Assembly: GCA_003990765.1 (NCBI GenBank)
Contig: RBNJ01000040.1
Span: forward strand, 1 to 48,009
DNA from: Jimgerdemannia flammicorona
Taxonomy: Eukaryota
DNA: 48,009 bases
Direction of reading: 5' to 3'
Shown: one piece after another, positions 13,001 to 24,003 of the stretch
How the letters are laid out: the number at the start of each line of letters is the position of its first letter
Position numbering within the stretch: the first letter of the stretch is position 1
Notes under the pieces: model-generated
Databases searched by the model: none
Seen by the model: the letters and a program-made list of their open reading frames with translations, nothing else
What the model was told of the DNA's origin: nothing
Program-made: the position numbers and the translations under genes

Positions 13001-13444
13001 CCGACCCTCAACTAGCCCCTGGGCCAGCCCTATACTTATTGTATCAAAGAAAGGAGGATGGAGACTCTGTATAGATTACAGGAAACTCAACTCAGTCACC
13101 AAAAAAGATGCCTATCCCCTGCCCAGAATCAATGACCTTTTGGACCAGTTACAAGATGCCAGATACTTCAGCAGTATGGACCTTTTTGCAGGATTCCATG
13201 AGATCCCCATGGACCCCAAAGATATTCAAAAGACAGTCTTCCTTACTTTAGGAAAACTGTTTGAATACCTCCAAATGCCCTTTGGACTTTGCAATGCACC
13301 CCCCACCTTTCAGAGGATGATGAATTCAGTCTATGCCCCTCTGATCTACTACTGTCTGATTGTATATATAGACAATTCTAACATCTATTTAGCAAATTTC
13401 GAAGAACACCTGCACCACCTGGAGGAATTCTTCAAGCTCACTGC
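7046..13444 (+). mobile_element. Ty3/Gypsy LTR retrotransposon family C, 3'-truncated; putative 5' LTR ~7046-7862
   Basis: Gag, protease, dUTPase and RT motifs follow in order. The LTR limits are tentative because there is no second copy: it starts tatgac (decayed TG), has TATAAATA near 7174 and AATAAA near 7698, and ends ttaca at 7862. Confidence 0.8.
8802..13444 (+). pseudogene. gag-protease-dUTPase-RT of Gypsy C (decayed)
   Basis: MATSLPTFAG... gag; zinc knuckle CFYCGQFGHYATEC (~9665-9706); protease LIDTGA (~10358); dUTPase DVGYDL, PRSGL, GTIDPGYIGEI, IAQ, RQAKGFGSS (~11950-12345); RT PWASP, LCIDYRKLN, MPFGLCNAP, YIDN. Many in-frame stops, often TGA at Arg positions. Confidence 0.88.
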
Positions 13445-14712
13445 TAAGTTCCAGGGTTGGCACTGATGGTTGTACAGGTTCAGGATACTGGTATAATTCA
13501 GTGTCATATCAAAATGCCAGTGCTGGAACAATTCTGCATTACCTCAAAATGCTGGTGCTGGAACAATTCTGCATCACCTCAAAATGCTGGTGCTGGAACA
13601 ATTCTGTATCACCTAGAGACTTTAGAGCAGAATGTTTAAGACCATGGGGGCTTCATCCTTATCAGAGATCAGGATGTCTTTGAAGGAGATGAGGTCTGTG
13701 AATTTATTGTTATTGTATAGGTTGTGCATTTCACATATTTTGTGTGCTTTGTATATATTGTGTGGGATGACATCATTGCTGATGATGTCATCACGTTCAG
13801 CTGAGGCAGTGGTGGGAACAAGAAGATCTGAAGCTCTCCAATCTATGAGATTCTCTTCTACAAAATAGGGAACAAATGTGGGGTCTTGGGGAGGTCTAAC
13901 CTGGATGCTTGGGCCTTGGAATACTGAGATCAATCCTTGTAGGAATTGGTCTGGATTGTCCTGAAGAATAGAATATCAGAAGTCTTCTACTTTATCACTA
14001 TTGAGAGTAATAGTAGACTGGGCTTCTGTAGCCACTCTGGCTTCTAGTGTATTGATATGGCAGGATGATAGGTCTCTGAAGTCTGAGACTCTAACATACT
14101 CCAAGTTGAGGATTGACCATGGTGTATGCCTGAAAATCTGATGGATCTTCTTAGCTGTCCTTGCCTCACATATATCTATGGGAGTGGCATCTTGTAGCTC
14201 TTGAGGGCTGGCCTGTGGGAACTCTTGGTAGAGGAGGTTTCCTATTTCATACTTCTGCCACATTTGGAGGCATTCAGTAGCAATAGTGATCCTTGTTTCC
14301 ATTTCATAGTGGTAGAGGATATAGTGATAAGGGTTGGCAGTACCCAGGTTGACACTAGGAGTCCTTCTTGTATGGGTCCCCATGGCTCTTCTGATATCTT
14401 GGAACATCCTTTCTTCAACTGAGGTGCCTTGGTGGTTCCTTGATCTTGAGGTTTAGTAAGTGGTAGGCATTTCATTTATGGTAAGTCTTTGAGCTATTTT
14501 GGAATTAGTGGGTCTTGTTGATTGCTGCTACTGTAGTTCTTTGATTCTTCTTTTATATTCCTCAAGATACTCATACTGTGGTCACAATGACTCACAGTTG
14601 GTCATCATTGCTTATCTCACATAATATATGATCTTCTTATGCTCTGATCTGGTGGCTTGCAAGGAAAGGCTGTCTCCTGTACTGATGTCATTATTCTGGG
14701 GTCACTATTACA
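13445..14712 (-). mobile_element. partial LTR of Gypsy family B, including its LTR ORF
   Basis: Colinear with ~44155-45367 and with ~36251-38165 minus its MITE; ends ttaca at 14712; ORF MFQDIRRAMG... at 14407 runs in one frame to 13622. Confidence 0.9.
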
Positions 14713-14888
14713 ATATATATCAAAATCTTAGTAATCTTATAATGGTATATTTGTGATAGATTTAATCCAATAAAATTCTCTAGAATGAACATACTTGCTG
14801 AAATTTCTATCTATTAATATGAGAAGTAATCCTTTGAATATTTTTATCATTATTTAAAACTCCTTTTCTCTAAGTATTATTAGTGATA

Positions 14889-15055
14889 CAGTCGATTCAG
14901 GTTTTACTACCAAATTTCAATTTGTTGAGAGTGGGGCCAAATTTAAATTTTGTTGAGGGTGGGCAGAATTTGGTAATATTCAAATGAATTTGTAAGGTGG
15001 GTAGAAATTAGTAACAATGCATTAAATTTCAATTTGGTAAGAAGCCTGATAACTG
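14889..15055. mobile_element. Tc1/mariner(pogo)-type MITE
   Basis: TA|CAGTCGATTCAGGTTTTACTACCAAATT ... AATTTGGTAAGAAGCCTGATAACTG|TA: imperfect ~27-bp TIRs starting CAGT, with TA on both sides. Confidence 0.7.
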
Positions 15056-15458
15056 TACTAGAAGCAACTTTTAACAGCTTATAAATTTGCAACTCAATAT
15101 CAATAGCAAATTCTGGATCTGTAATATTATTTAATAAGCATCTCTCTGCAGAGTTATAGAGTCACCTTGGTCTCATAAAGGTATTGTCCAAGTTAAAACA
15201 TATACAAGACTACTCTAAATTATACTATACTTATAGGTAGCTATCCACCAAATATTACAATTGCTGCTGGAATTTCCATTATCTATTTTTCAATATAACA
15301 GCACAAAAACATAGAACAGGCAATCATTTGAATTGTATTTATGAATTTTGGTATTTTTATCTTATTTGTAAACAATTTTATATATATTAAAATCTCAGTA
15401 ATCTCATAATAGTATATTGTAGTAGGTTTAATTCAATAAAATAATATAGTTATCCTAA

Positions 15459-16911
15459 CTATCTGCTACTGGAAATCTCTGGAAATAGATTTGCCATTAC
15501 TTTTGTTTGAGCTAAATCAAACAGCATCAGACTATTGTACAATCTGATACTAGTATCTACCTTATACTCATTAATAAGATACATTATAAGATATATGTTA
15601 TTAGATTGTACTGTAGTTTCTAGTGGTATTTTACCCAACTTATTCCTTGCATTCACATCTGCACCAGCCTCTATAAGGATTCAGGCAATTACAATCCTAT
15701 CTGCCTCAGTATATCTCATATAATTTTCATATATGATATATAGAGGGGTAAATTCACTTGATAGTGTCCTTGCATTAACATCAGCACCATGATTGATAAG
15801 TATTTCAACAAAGACAAATAAACCTCAAGTAGCTGCCTCATGCAATAGAGTTATATCTCTCTACTATTCATTGACATCAATACCAAACTCAGTCACTATA
15901 ATCTTGAATATATTGAGGCTGCCTCTACATATATTCCCAAATAAGTCCTTCTTGTACAGCCCCAACCTCATTGTAGAGTATTTGCATTATCTCAGGGTGT
16001 CTTTTATATATTGCCAGCTATAATGCTATTTTATTTAATGAATTCTAGATTTCAGTATTAGTATGGAATTAAGCATAGAGTATTCACACAACCTCAGAGT
16101 AATTGCTCTCTACTGCAACATGCAGTAGTGTTATTTTATCATATCTCTGCAGATTAATATTGGCCTTGAGATCATGATAAAGATCCCAACTAGTTAGAGA
16201 TCTCCTAGTAAAGTAGCTTCATGGAGCAGTGTCTAATGATTATTGTAAATCACAACCCCATCAGCTAAGTATTTTCTGATGACTACCCTGGGGTTGAATT
16301 TCTATCTGACCAGCCTTTCAATAAGATATGAGAGCCTTTCTATCATAGAATTAACTGCTAGTTTATCAACAGTAGATAGCTTTATGACTGGTTCATACAC
16401 TTCTTGCAGCTTATTGGCCAGATTGATACCAACATCCAAAGAAGTGGCAGCACTATGTGGGTGAGTAGTATTGGCTAGTATCTTTTGGTGTTTCATAGTA
16501 GTAGATACCTTCATATATTCACTAGAAGAGGTGGTGGTATCTTGTAGATAGATAGTAATAGCAGATGTTCTTTTACATTTGAGTATAGGTACTTTTATAT
16601 ATTCACTAGAAGAGGTGGTAGTATCTTATAGATAGGCAGTAATAGCAGATGCTCTTTTGTATTTGGATGCAGGTACTTTCATACATTCACTAGAAGAGGT
16701 AGTGGTATTTTGTGGATAGACAGTAATGATAGATGCTCATTTATATTTGGGTGCTAAGATGGCAACATCATGTCAACAGATAGTAATGGGAAATATTTCT
16801 TTATGTTTGGGAGCTCCTTATATTTACTTGTACTTGATATCATGAAATCAGATAGCTGATATGGTGAAATTATCAGTTGATCCTGAATATATCAGATTTT
16901 GTTGTTATTGT
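15459..16911 (-). pseudogene. 3' part of a long ankyrin-repeat pseudogene
   Basis: Decayed ankyrin repeats (GADVNARNKLGKIPLETTV, LLHEATLLGDL, KITLLHVAVE). The 16.1-16.3 kb module matches the modules at 24.2-25.8 kb. Confidence 0.7.
16500..16810. repeat. 84-bp (28-codon) tandem repeat within the ankyrin gene
   Basis: ttcactagaagagg recurs at ~16518, 16602 and 16686. Confidence 0.8.
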
Positions 16912-17024
16912 TAGTGCTCCAAATGAGTCAATTTGAATCAAATCCAGATTCGATTCATCACATAATGGTTTGATCTGAATCTCAAATCCAAAGCCATCCA
17001 AATCAACTTGGATTAATCTGAATT

Positions 17025-17280
17025 ACCCCATCTGAATCACCTCATCTGAATCACCCATCTGAATCACCCCATCTGAACCACCCCATCCAAACCACTCAAT
17101 CCGAATCACTCAATCTGAATCACTCAATCTGAATTACTCAATCCAAATCACTCAATCCAAATCCTCCAATTTGAATCCTCCAATTCAAATCCTCTAATTC
17201 AAATCCTCTAATTTGAATTCTTCAATCTGAATCCTCATCCAAATCCTTTAACTGAATCCTCCAATCTGAATCCTCCACAT
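17025..17280 (+). repeat. 14-bp subterminal tandem array of the hAT element
   Basis: Repeated units such as atctgaatcacccc, atccgaatcactca and atttgaatcctcca. Confidence 0.8.
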
Positions 17281-17349
17281 GACTCATATGCTGGACATGT
17301 CCACATACACAATACACACACATGCAAACATACACATGCACATGCAAAG

Positions 17350-20300
17350 ATGCAAACACACATGTCAACAGATCAGTCTTCAACAGTTCACAGTACTGAT
17401 GATACTTCAAGTCAAACATCCCTGATAGTTCCACACCTTCCATGCAATCCTCACTCCGAAATCTGGCAACTAGTGCTCCGAACGAGTCAATCTGGATGGG
17501 ATTCGGATGGATTCGAATCAACCATTGTTTTGATTTCCAAATTAGACAATTAAATGTTTACATCAATAACTCGATTAATAATCATCCAAATTTGATGATT
17601 TTGGTGTCATTTGAAAGCCCTTAATAAGGCCTTTCTAACGATACCAAGAACATTAAAATCGGATTACGCGTTGCCGAGATATTAAATTTCCAAAATCGGC
17701 AAATCGAAGAATTTCCAAAATCGGCGATTCAGACGGTTTCCTTCATAACTCAGCAACGCATAATCCTATTTCAATGTTCTTGGTATCATTAGATAGGCCT
17801 TATTAAGGGCTTTCAAATGACACCAAGATCATCAAATTTGGATGATTATTCATCAAGTTATTGATGTAAACATTTAATTGTCTAATTTGGAAATCAAAAC
17901 AATGGTTGATTCATGGGATTTGAATCCCATCCGAGTTGATCTGGATGGGATTCAATCCAAATCAATCCGAATCCAATCCGGATTAAATTGACTCATTAGG
18001 AGCACTACTGGCAACATTGTGCTAAGATAAGAGATGATGTTGTTTGTAATTATTACAGGTAAAAAATTAAGACATACCTATTGATATAACTGACACTTTT
18101 GTTTAACACACACATGATACTGTTTCATTCACCCCTATAAACTGCATCAGCCAGAAGTTCAAAATGCTTGATGGTACAACTTTGAATATGTATTGACATA
18201 TAAAAGACAAGCACTCTGACAAAATCAAAAAGAACATAGAGATAAAAAAAATTGACATCCAAGCTGTGGTGGGTATATTTATCTGATTGCCTGACCATTT
18301 CTGTACCAATAACCCCATTTAATCAAAAATATTTAGCCATACTCTTTGGCAGAATTTTGAAATCGGCTCATTCACTGGATTATATGTACAGATCAGCCTT
18401 TCACAACCATTGAGAGTGATCAATTGCATAGTATCTTTGACCTTCTCAAGCATGATTTATATTTGCTAAGTGCTGATACTATTTGCAAAGATGTCCTGGA
18501 GGCCTATAGGAAGGAGCATGACAATCTCTGCCAGATACTTCAGATAAAATAAGGGCAGTACCATGACCTTTGCAAGCTGAATTATATATATTTTTTTATA
18601 AAGAGCTCACCAATGTAATCTTACATTCAATAAGTAGAATTCAGCAGACAAAATTTCATTTACGATTGACACATGGACATCCCCCAATGTAATTTCATTT
18701 CTGGGCATTACTAGTTATTGGATTGATCTTGATTGGTAGCTTAAATCTCTCACCCTTGACTTTGTCAAACTTGCTGGCCCTCATTCTGGAGACAATATCA
18801 CAGATGCTTTTATTAGTTATATCTGGGAGCTTGGGATCACAACTAAGGTAAAAAAGGGAGACTTGCTGTCAGGTTGGCATTTTGAGAGAGGTTCTAAAAC
18901 AAAACAGATTTTATTGGTTATTTATTTTTGCATAAATTTGCTGACTGAATATTTCATGTACAGATTTTGGCCATTATGACAGACAATGCTACAAATAACT
19001 CAATATTTTTCCAAGTTTTAGCAGCCAGCCTCAAACAGGAAAATGTAGCCTTTGGTGCAGAAAGCTGCCATGTGCAATATCAGGCCCACATACTGAACCT
19101 TACTATTCAGGACTATCTTATGCATGTAGACAAAACATCCGAGAGAGGAGGGGCCCTAAGTATAATTTTCAAGCTATGCAAACTAGTTGTATCAGTCCAA
19201 TTGTCTTTACAATGATAAGACAAATTTGCTACACAGTATAGGGCAATAAGTTTAGCCCTAAAAGAGCTTATATTGGACATCTGTATACATTGGAACTCAA
19301 CATTTATAATAATCTAGCACATGCTGGAGTTTGCTGTGGTACGCATCCTTTTTTTTCTTTGATTGGCTGAAGCAACTTGTTTCAGATAATTGAAGATTTT
19401 TTTTTTTTAAAAAAAAAAAACCAAAAAAAAGCCAATAGATTCAATGGTGGCTGCTGACAAGGAAATACAGGATAAGGCTCTAGGTGAAAGTGAGTGGGAC
19501 TTACTTAGAAATGTTGTCAGAGTTTTGGAAGTAAGTGGTGATTGCTCTGGCTCCATACTTGTTTTGTCTGCCTCCACACAATGCAATATCTCACTACATA
19601 TAACTGCTAGTGTTTGGATGATTGTATGAAGGATATAGTCAAATAAACGACCTCAACAATAAGCTCTGTAATACCAGTATACAACCTTCTGATTGACTGG
19701 CTAGAGGACAAGCTCAAGGACAGGCTGGAGGGTTGTAGTGATTTATAGTTAAGCCCAGATCAGAGAGACACTATGGAGGTTGCTCTAAGCAAGCTCAGAA
19801 AATACTACTCCAAAACAGATACTGCCATATACTCAATCAGTACAGGTATGTTGGCATGTAGCCATTGCCCCTTCCAAAACAGAGAAACCACCACAAAAAC
19901 TCACTCTCTTTTCTCTAAACAGTACTGGACCCATGCTTAAAGCTACAATATCATAAAGATCAGGGCTGGGAGCAGCACTTCATTGAGAGAACCAAGCAGG
20001 CTGTAATCAAAGTATACCAGAAAAACTATGTGCTACCACAAGGTTCTGACCAAAGTCCAGACAAATATGCTGAAGGATCCCTCCTGTCTCACATTTACTT
20101 CAGCAGAAAGAGGAAGAGGGAGCTGTCAGTAAAAGAGCTGCTGTCAATAAACAAACTTACCATTTATCTTACCAGTGACCACATGATCCTGCTAGAGGGT
20201 ACAGAGGTGCTCAACTAGTGGAAGGTGGGTTATCAGACAGGCATTGGGCCAATTTAACCCACTAATCTAACCACTGCTCTACCCACTGAGACATGCAGCT

Positions 20301-20490
20301 ATATTAAATAGACTTCTCCAGCCTGTATGGTATGGCTCAGGACTACCTGGCAATTTCTGCCTCCAGCACTCTTGTCGAGCAGGTATTCTCAGGTGGGGTA
20401 GACCTTGTTGCCCCAAAGAGGTGTGTGCTAAATGCTGAGACAATCTAGGTATATATGTGTCTGAAGTCTTGGTGGAGCTCAGGCTGCTAA
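17350..20490 (+). pseudogene. intron-containing hAT transposase with BED finger (decayed, interrupted by a MITE)
   Basis: SEIWQH..CNY / GTTLNMY*HIKDKH (BED finger); ISFTIDTWTS; IMTDNATNN; QAHILNL; LILDICIHWNST; KLRKYY; LDP; AQDYLAISASSTLVEQVFS (dimerisation domain with the catalytic Glu). Confidence 0.88.
17471..18007. mobile_element. non-autonomous hAT MITE (foldback), copy 1
   Basis: TIR TAGTGCTCCGAACGAGTCAAT / ATTGACTCATTAGGAGCACTA; perfect 8-bp TSD ctggcaac; ~165-bp internal inverted arms. Confidence 0.93.
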
Positions 20491-20589
20491 AATTCAGCAG
20501 GTCCTGGGGATTTATGGATAAGTTGGTTGGCCTTGTAGAATAATTAATATCTTTCAAAAATAAAAAGGAAAAAAAACCTGAGGACTTGG

Positions 20590-21350
20590 TCCGGAGTTTG
20601 CAGCCCAAGTGGGGCAGTGGTCAGTGGGGTTGGTGGCAGTGAAGGAAGCATACAAAATTTGTGGCCCTCTGCCAGCAGTAAGGGGCAGCCCCAAGCTGTC
20701 AGTACCTGAGTTGGTGGGTGGGTTGGTGGGCATGGGTCGGTGGAGAGAGTATGCAAAATTTGCAGCCCTCCACTGGCAGCAAGAGGCAGCCCCAAGCTGC
20801 AAGTGTCCAGGACAGGGAGTTAGGGGAGGGGGGGGGTAGGCAGAGGCAGTACACAAAATTTGCAGCCCTTCACCAGTAGTGAGGAGCAGCCCCAAGCTGT
20901 TAGTGGTCAGGATCAGTGGGCAGGGTTGGTTGGTGGAGTCAGTGGATATGAGGTTGGCAGAGAGAGCATGCAAAATTTACAGCCCTCCACCAGCAGCAAG
21001 GGGCAGCCCCAAGCTGCAAGTGTCCAGGACAGGTGGAACTCCCCCCAGTAGCCTGTGTCCAGGCCAGGGGTCAGCAGGGTTGGCAGAGGGAGTGTGCAAA
21101 ATTTGCAGCCCTCTGCCAGCAGCATAGAGGCAGCCCCAAGCCACCAAGGAGTCCGAGTCCAGGTTGGAGAGTGCTTCTGGCAGTCAGAGGGTGCTTCTGA
21201 CAGTCAGAGGGTACTTCTGGTAGTTGGAGGGTGCTTCTGGCAGTTGGAGGACATTTCCAGTAGTTGGAGGGTGCTTCTGGTGGTCAGAGGGTGCTTCTGG
21301 TGGTCAAAGGACATTTCTGGCAGTTGGAGGGTACTTCCGGCAGTCAAAGT
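20590..21350. repeat. GC-rich minisatellites (~115-bp and 21-bp units) inside the hAT
   Basis: About five copies of caaaatttgcagccct..ccagcagcaaggggcagccccaagctg, then gagggtgcttctggcagtt 21-mers at ~21165-21345. Confidence 0.85.
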
Positions 21351-21549
21351 CCACCACAGATTCAGGCCCCATCACTGGTTCAGATCCTATGGGCACCCTG
21401 GCCCTGTGCTACAGCACCGCACTGGCAGCACTACAAGAGCAGGGCCAAGGGGCTGGTAGGGTCCAGCATAATAGCTAAACTAGTGCTACAGAAGAGGTGC
21501 CAGGCTGCCAGCCCAACCTGCACAAAATGACTGCTGGACCCTCACAAAA

Positions 21550-21632
21550 GATTGCCTAACCCTCATGAAAGATTGCCTAACCCTCATGAAAGATTACCTA
21601 ACCCTTATGAAAGATTGTCTAACCCTTACAAA
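21550..21632. repeat. 21-bp tandem repeat, 4 copies
   Basis: gattgcctaaccctcatgaaa units. Confidence 0.85.
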
Positions 21633-23650
21633 AACTGCTCCACCCACTGGTCCCAGGCCTTGATGAGTCTGTCATCTATTGTGAGTGTGACAACTATTGT
21701 GTCCAAGCTCTCCTCGAAGATGATAGTACCATGGTGGTTGTGTGTTGGAATAGGATGGCCATGTTGGCCACAAATGAGACCCCAAAACCATAGGTGAGGT
21801 CATATCAGACTCTGCCACTATTCTTCCAGGTTGGGCCCTTCCTTTCTGGAACATAGAACATTACTAGGGTGACATTGTTGTCTGTGTGTGTGGGCAGAGA
21901 AATATTGTGCTCAATATATTCTGATGTGATATAAGTATACAGTTGGGTGAACCCTTGGCCCAGGACCTTATACTGCCAGGCTGTGCTAGTGAATGCCTGC
22001 CCTTGGTCTAGCCCTGGGAGCCCCAGCTTAGAAACCTGCCAGACAGATAGCATCTGGTCAGTCCTTTTTGCATATGGGGGGGCAGAAATCTCCCAGGCTG
22101 CAGCATCCAAATAAAGCAGAGCTCCTCACCTTATACTGTATGCTAAATTGTGCCAAGAATGTACATACAGCTGTGCCAAGATCACCACCAAGCTGATCTG
22201 CTATATGCTCTACCAATCTGCTCAAAGAACTCCAGATCATAGCCACCATTGCCACATAGGCCATGTTGTGCTCATGTATAGTTTGCTCTTTGACGGCACT
22301 TTTAAAGTTCCAGTAGAGGTATAGAATCTTGTGCATCTCTGGAATTGTATCAAAAAAGAGTATGTTGGTGAAGAGTGTGATTATCTGGAGAGGAGCAAAA
22401 AAAAGGGAGACGAGTGCAGGAGATTTTGGAACTCCAGAACCCCTCCTTTACCAATGTTGCAGTATACCCAATTCCCATCCAAACCCCCCCTCCTTGCTTT
22501 TTTCACCCCCTCTTTCCTGCTACCCTGTATTTGATGCAATCCTTGCAAATCTTATTGATGTGGCAGCAAAGCTCATCACTATAGAGATTCCTTACCACCA
22601 TTGCAACTATCTCTCCATGTTCATTAATAATGATATAGTTCTCTTCATCATTGGTTACTCCTGCTGGCCAATAGACCTCTTGGTTAAGAACGATTAGCTC
22701 TGATTCAAATATAGACCCCCAAGCCTTGATGATGATGCTGGTACTGCTTATGCTGAACATCTTGCCCTCAAATTTCTCTATTTGATCAGATGCCAGATGT
22801 GGTTGAACTCGGATAATTTTGAATTCTCCTTTCCAATGGAACTGAGCCCTAATCTGAGGGGCTGAGGTAAGTATGTGGATGGGTTACATACAGATGGGTT
22901 GTATGTGGACAGGTTGTATATAGATGGGTTGTATGTGGGCAGGTTGCATGCAGATGGGTTGTATGCAGATGGGTTGCATGCAGGTGTGGGTGTTTTTTAG
23001 GGGGAGACTATATAAAAAATGAAGTTAAATAAAACATGGAGATGGGAATTTCAGAAAAAGAGTATGAGTGAGTGAGTGAGTGAGTTGTATACTGATGAGT
23101 TGCATACCAATAAGTTGCATAAGTTGCATGAGTTGTACAAGATTGCTCATGAAGGCTTGCTTCTGTTCCTTTTGAAACCTCTGCCATGTAATGCATTGAC
23201 TCAACAGCTTAGCCACCAAAGGCATACCCCTCAATGTCTGCCAGGCTTTCTTCATCTTGACCAGATATTGCAAATAAAGTCAGCAGATCTTACCATAGAG
23301 CTGTAAACCCTAAGAAAAGCATGAGGTGAATTGAGTTGTACTGGGAAAATTTAAATAAATATAAGTAAATAAGTGGTGGCAAAGTGAGCAACCTACATTA
23401 CTATCAGCTGCTACAAAAAGGCTGCCACATATATAGTTGTGAGGTCTGTGAATTCCGAGGTCCAAAGGGCTACTGTGAGTTATTGCCAGAATTCTCCCTC
23501 ATCCCCACCATCACCACTGCCATCACCATTGCCATTGCCCCTTTGGCTCTCAATGAGCAGCTTGTATACTGCCCATATAAGAAAGAATCTAACATTGTCA
23601 GCAGAGAGTACATTTTCACCTCGAATACTCTCTCTTTTGATGATCATTAT
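21626..23650 (-). pseudogene. intron-containing hAT cargo gene; putative TET/JBP-like 2OG-Fe(II) dioxygenase (decayed)
   Basis: Reconstructed ...IIINEHGEIVAMVV... FSIQYK|VSKLGLPG (phase-0 GT-AG intron ~22128-22036) ...LPTHTDNN (HxD at 21888-21880) VTLVMFYV...YGFGVSFVANMAILF(1-nt frameshift)PTHNHHGT...IVVTLTIDDRL, stop at 21628-21626. The 5' limit is approximate. Confidence 0.55.
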
Positions 23651-24003
23651 AGGGTAAAAAATGAGTAGACTGGACCAATGTATGATTAAGGGCTGCTGTT
23701 TTGTTTGCTCATGATGCAGTAGAAAAGAAAGAACAAAGAAAAAGAACAAAGAAAGAACAAAAGAAGAGAGAGAACAAAAGAAAGAGTGATATCACCAAAG
23801 TGTAGTAGAAAAAAAAAACAAGAGCAAAAATGAACAAAAAAAAGAGTGATGTCACCAAAGATTTCAATCTGGATGGATCAATCTAGATCAATCCAGATCA
23901 ATCTGGATCAGATCATAAGACCAATCTAAGTTGATTCAAATCCATCACATGATAAATCTGAATCAAATCTCATCTGGATCAACTCCATCTGTTTAGAGCA
24001 CTA

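Larger units (their letters stand above)
16912..24003 (+). mobile_element. hAT DNA transposon (~7.1 kb) with a cargo gene
   Basis: Ends TAGTGCTC...GAGCACTA; 8-bp TSD gttattgt/gttgttgt (16904-16911, 24004-24011); AATCC/GGAT-rich subterminal repeats at both ends; internal transposase. Confidence 0.9.

Noticed and set aside
13480-13610. CRISPR-like array (also 36290-36450, 44190-44320, 17025-17280)
   Set aside because: Head-to-tail tandem units without unique spacers, no cas genes, and a eukaryotic TE context.
20544-21530. Many overlapping ORFs in the GC-rich repeat
   Set aside because: Open frames arise from minisatellite composition on both strands.
21550-21632. Telomeric repeat (CTAACCC)
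   Set aside because: The motif is embedded in a 21-bp unit with only four copies, internal to a hAT.
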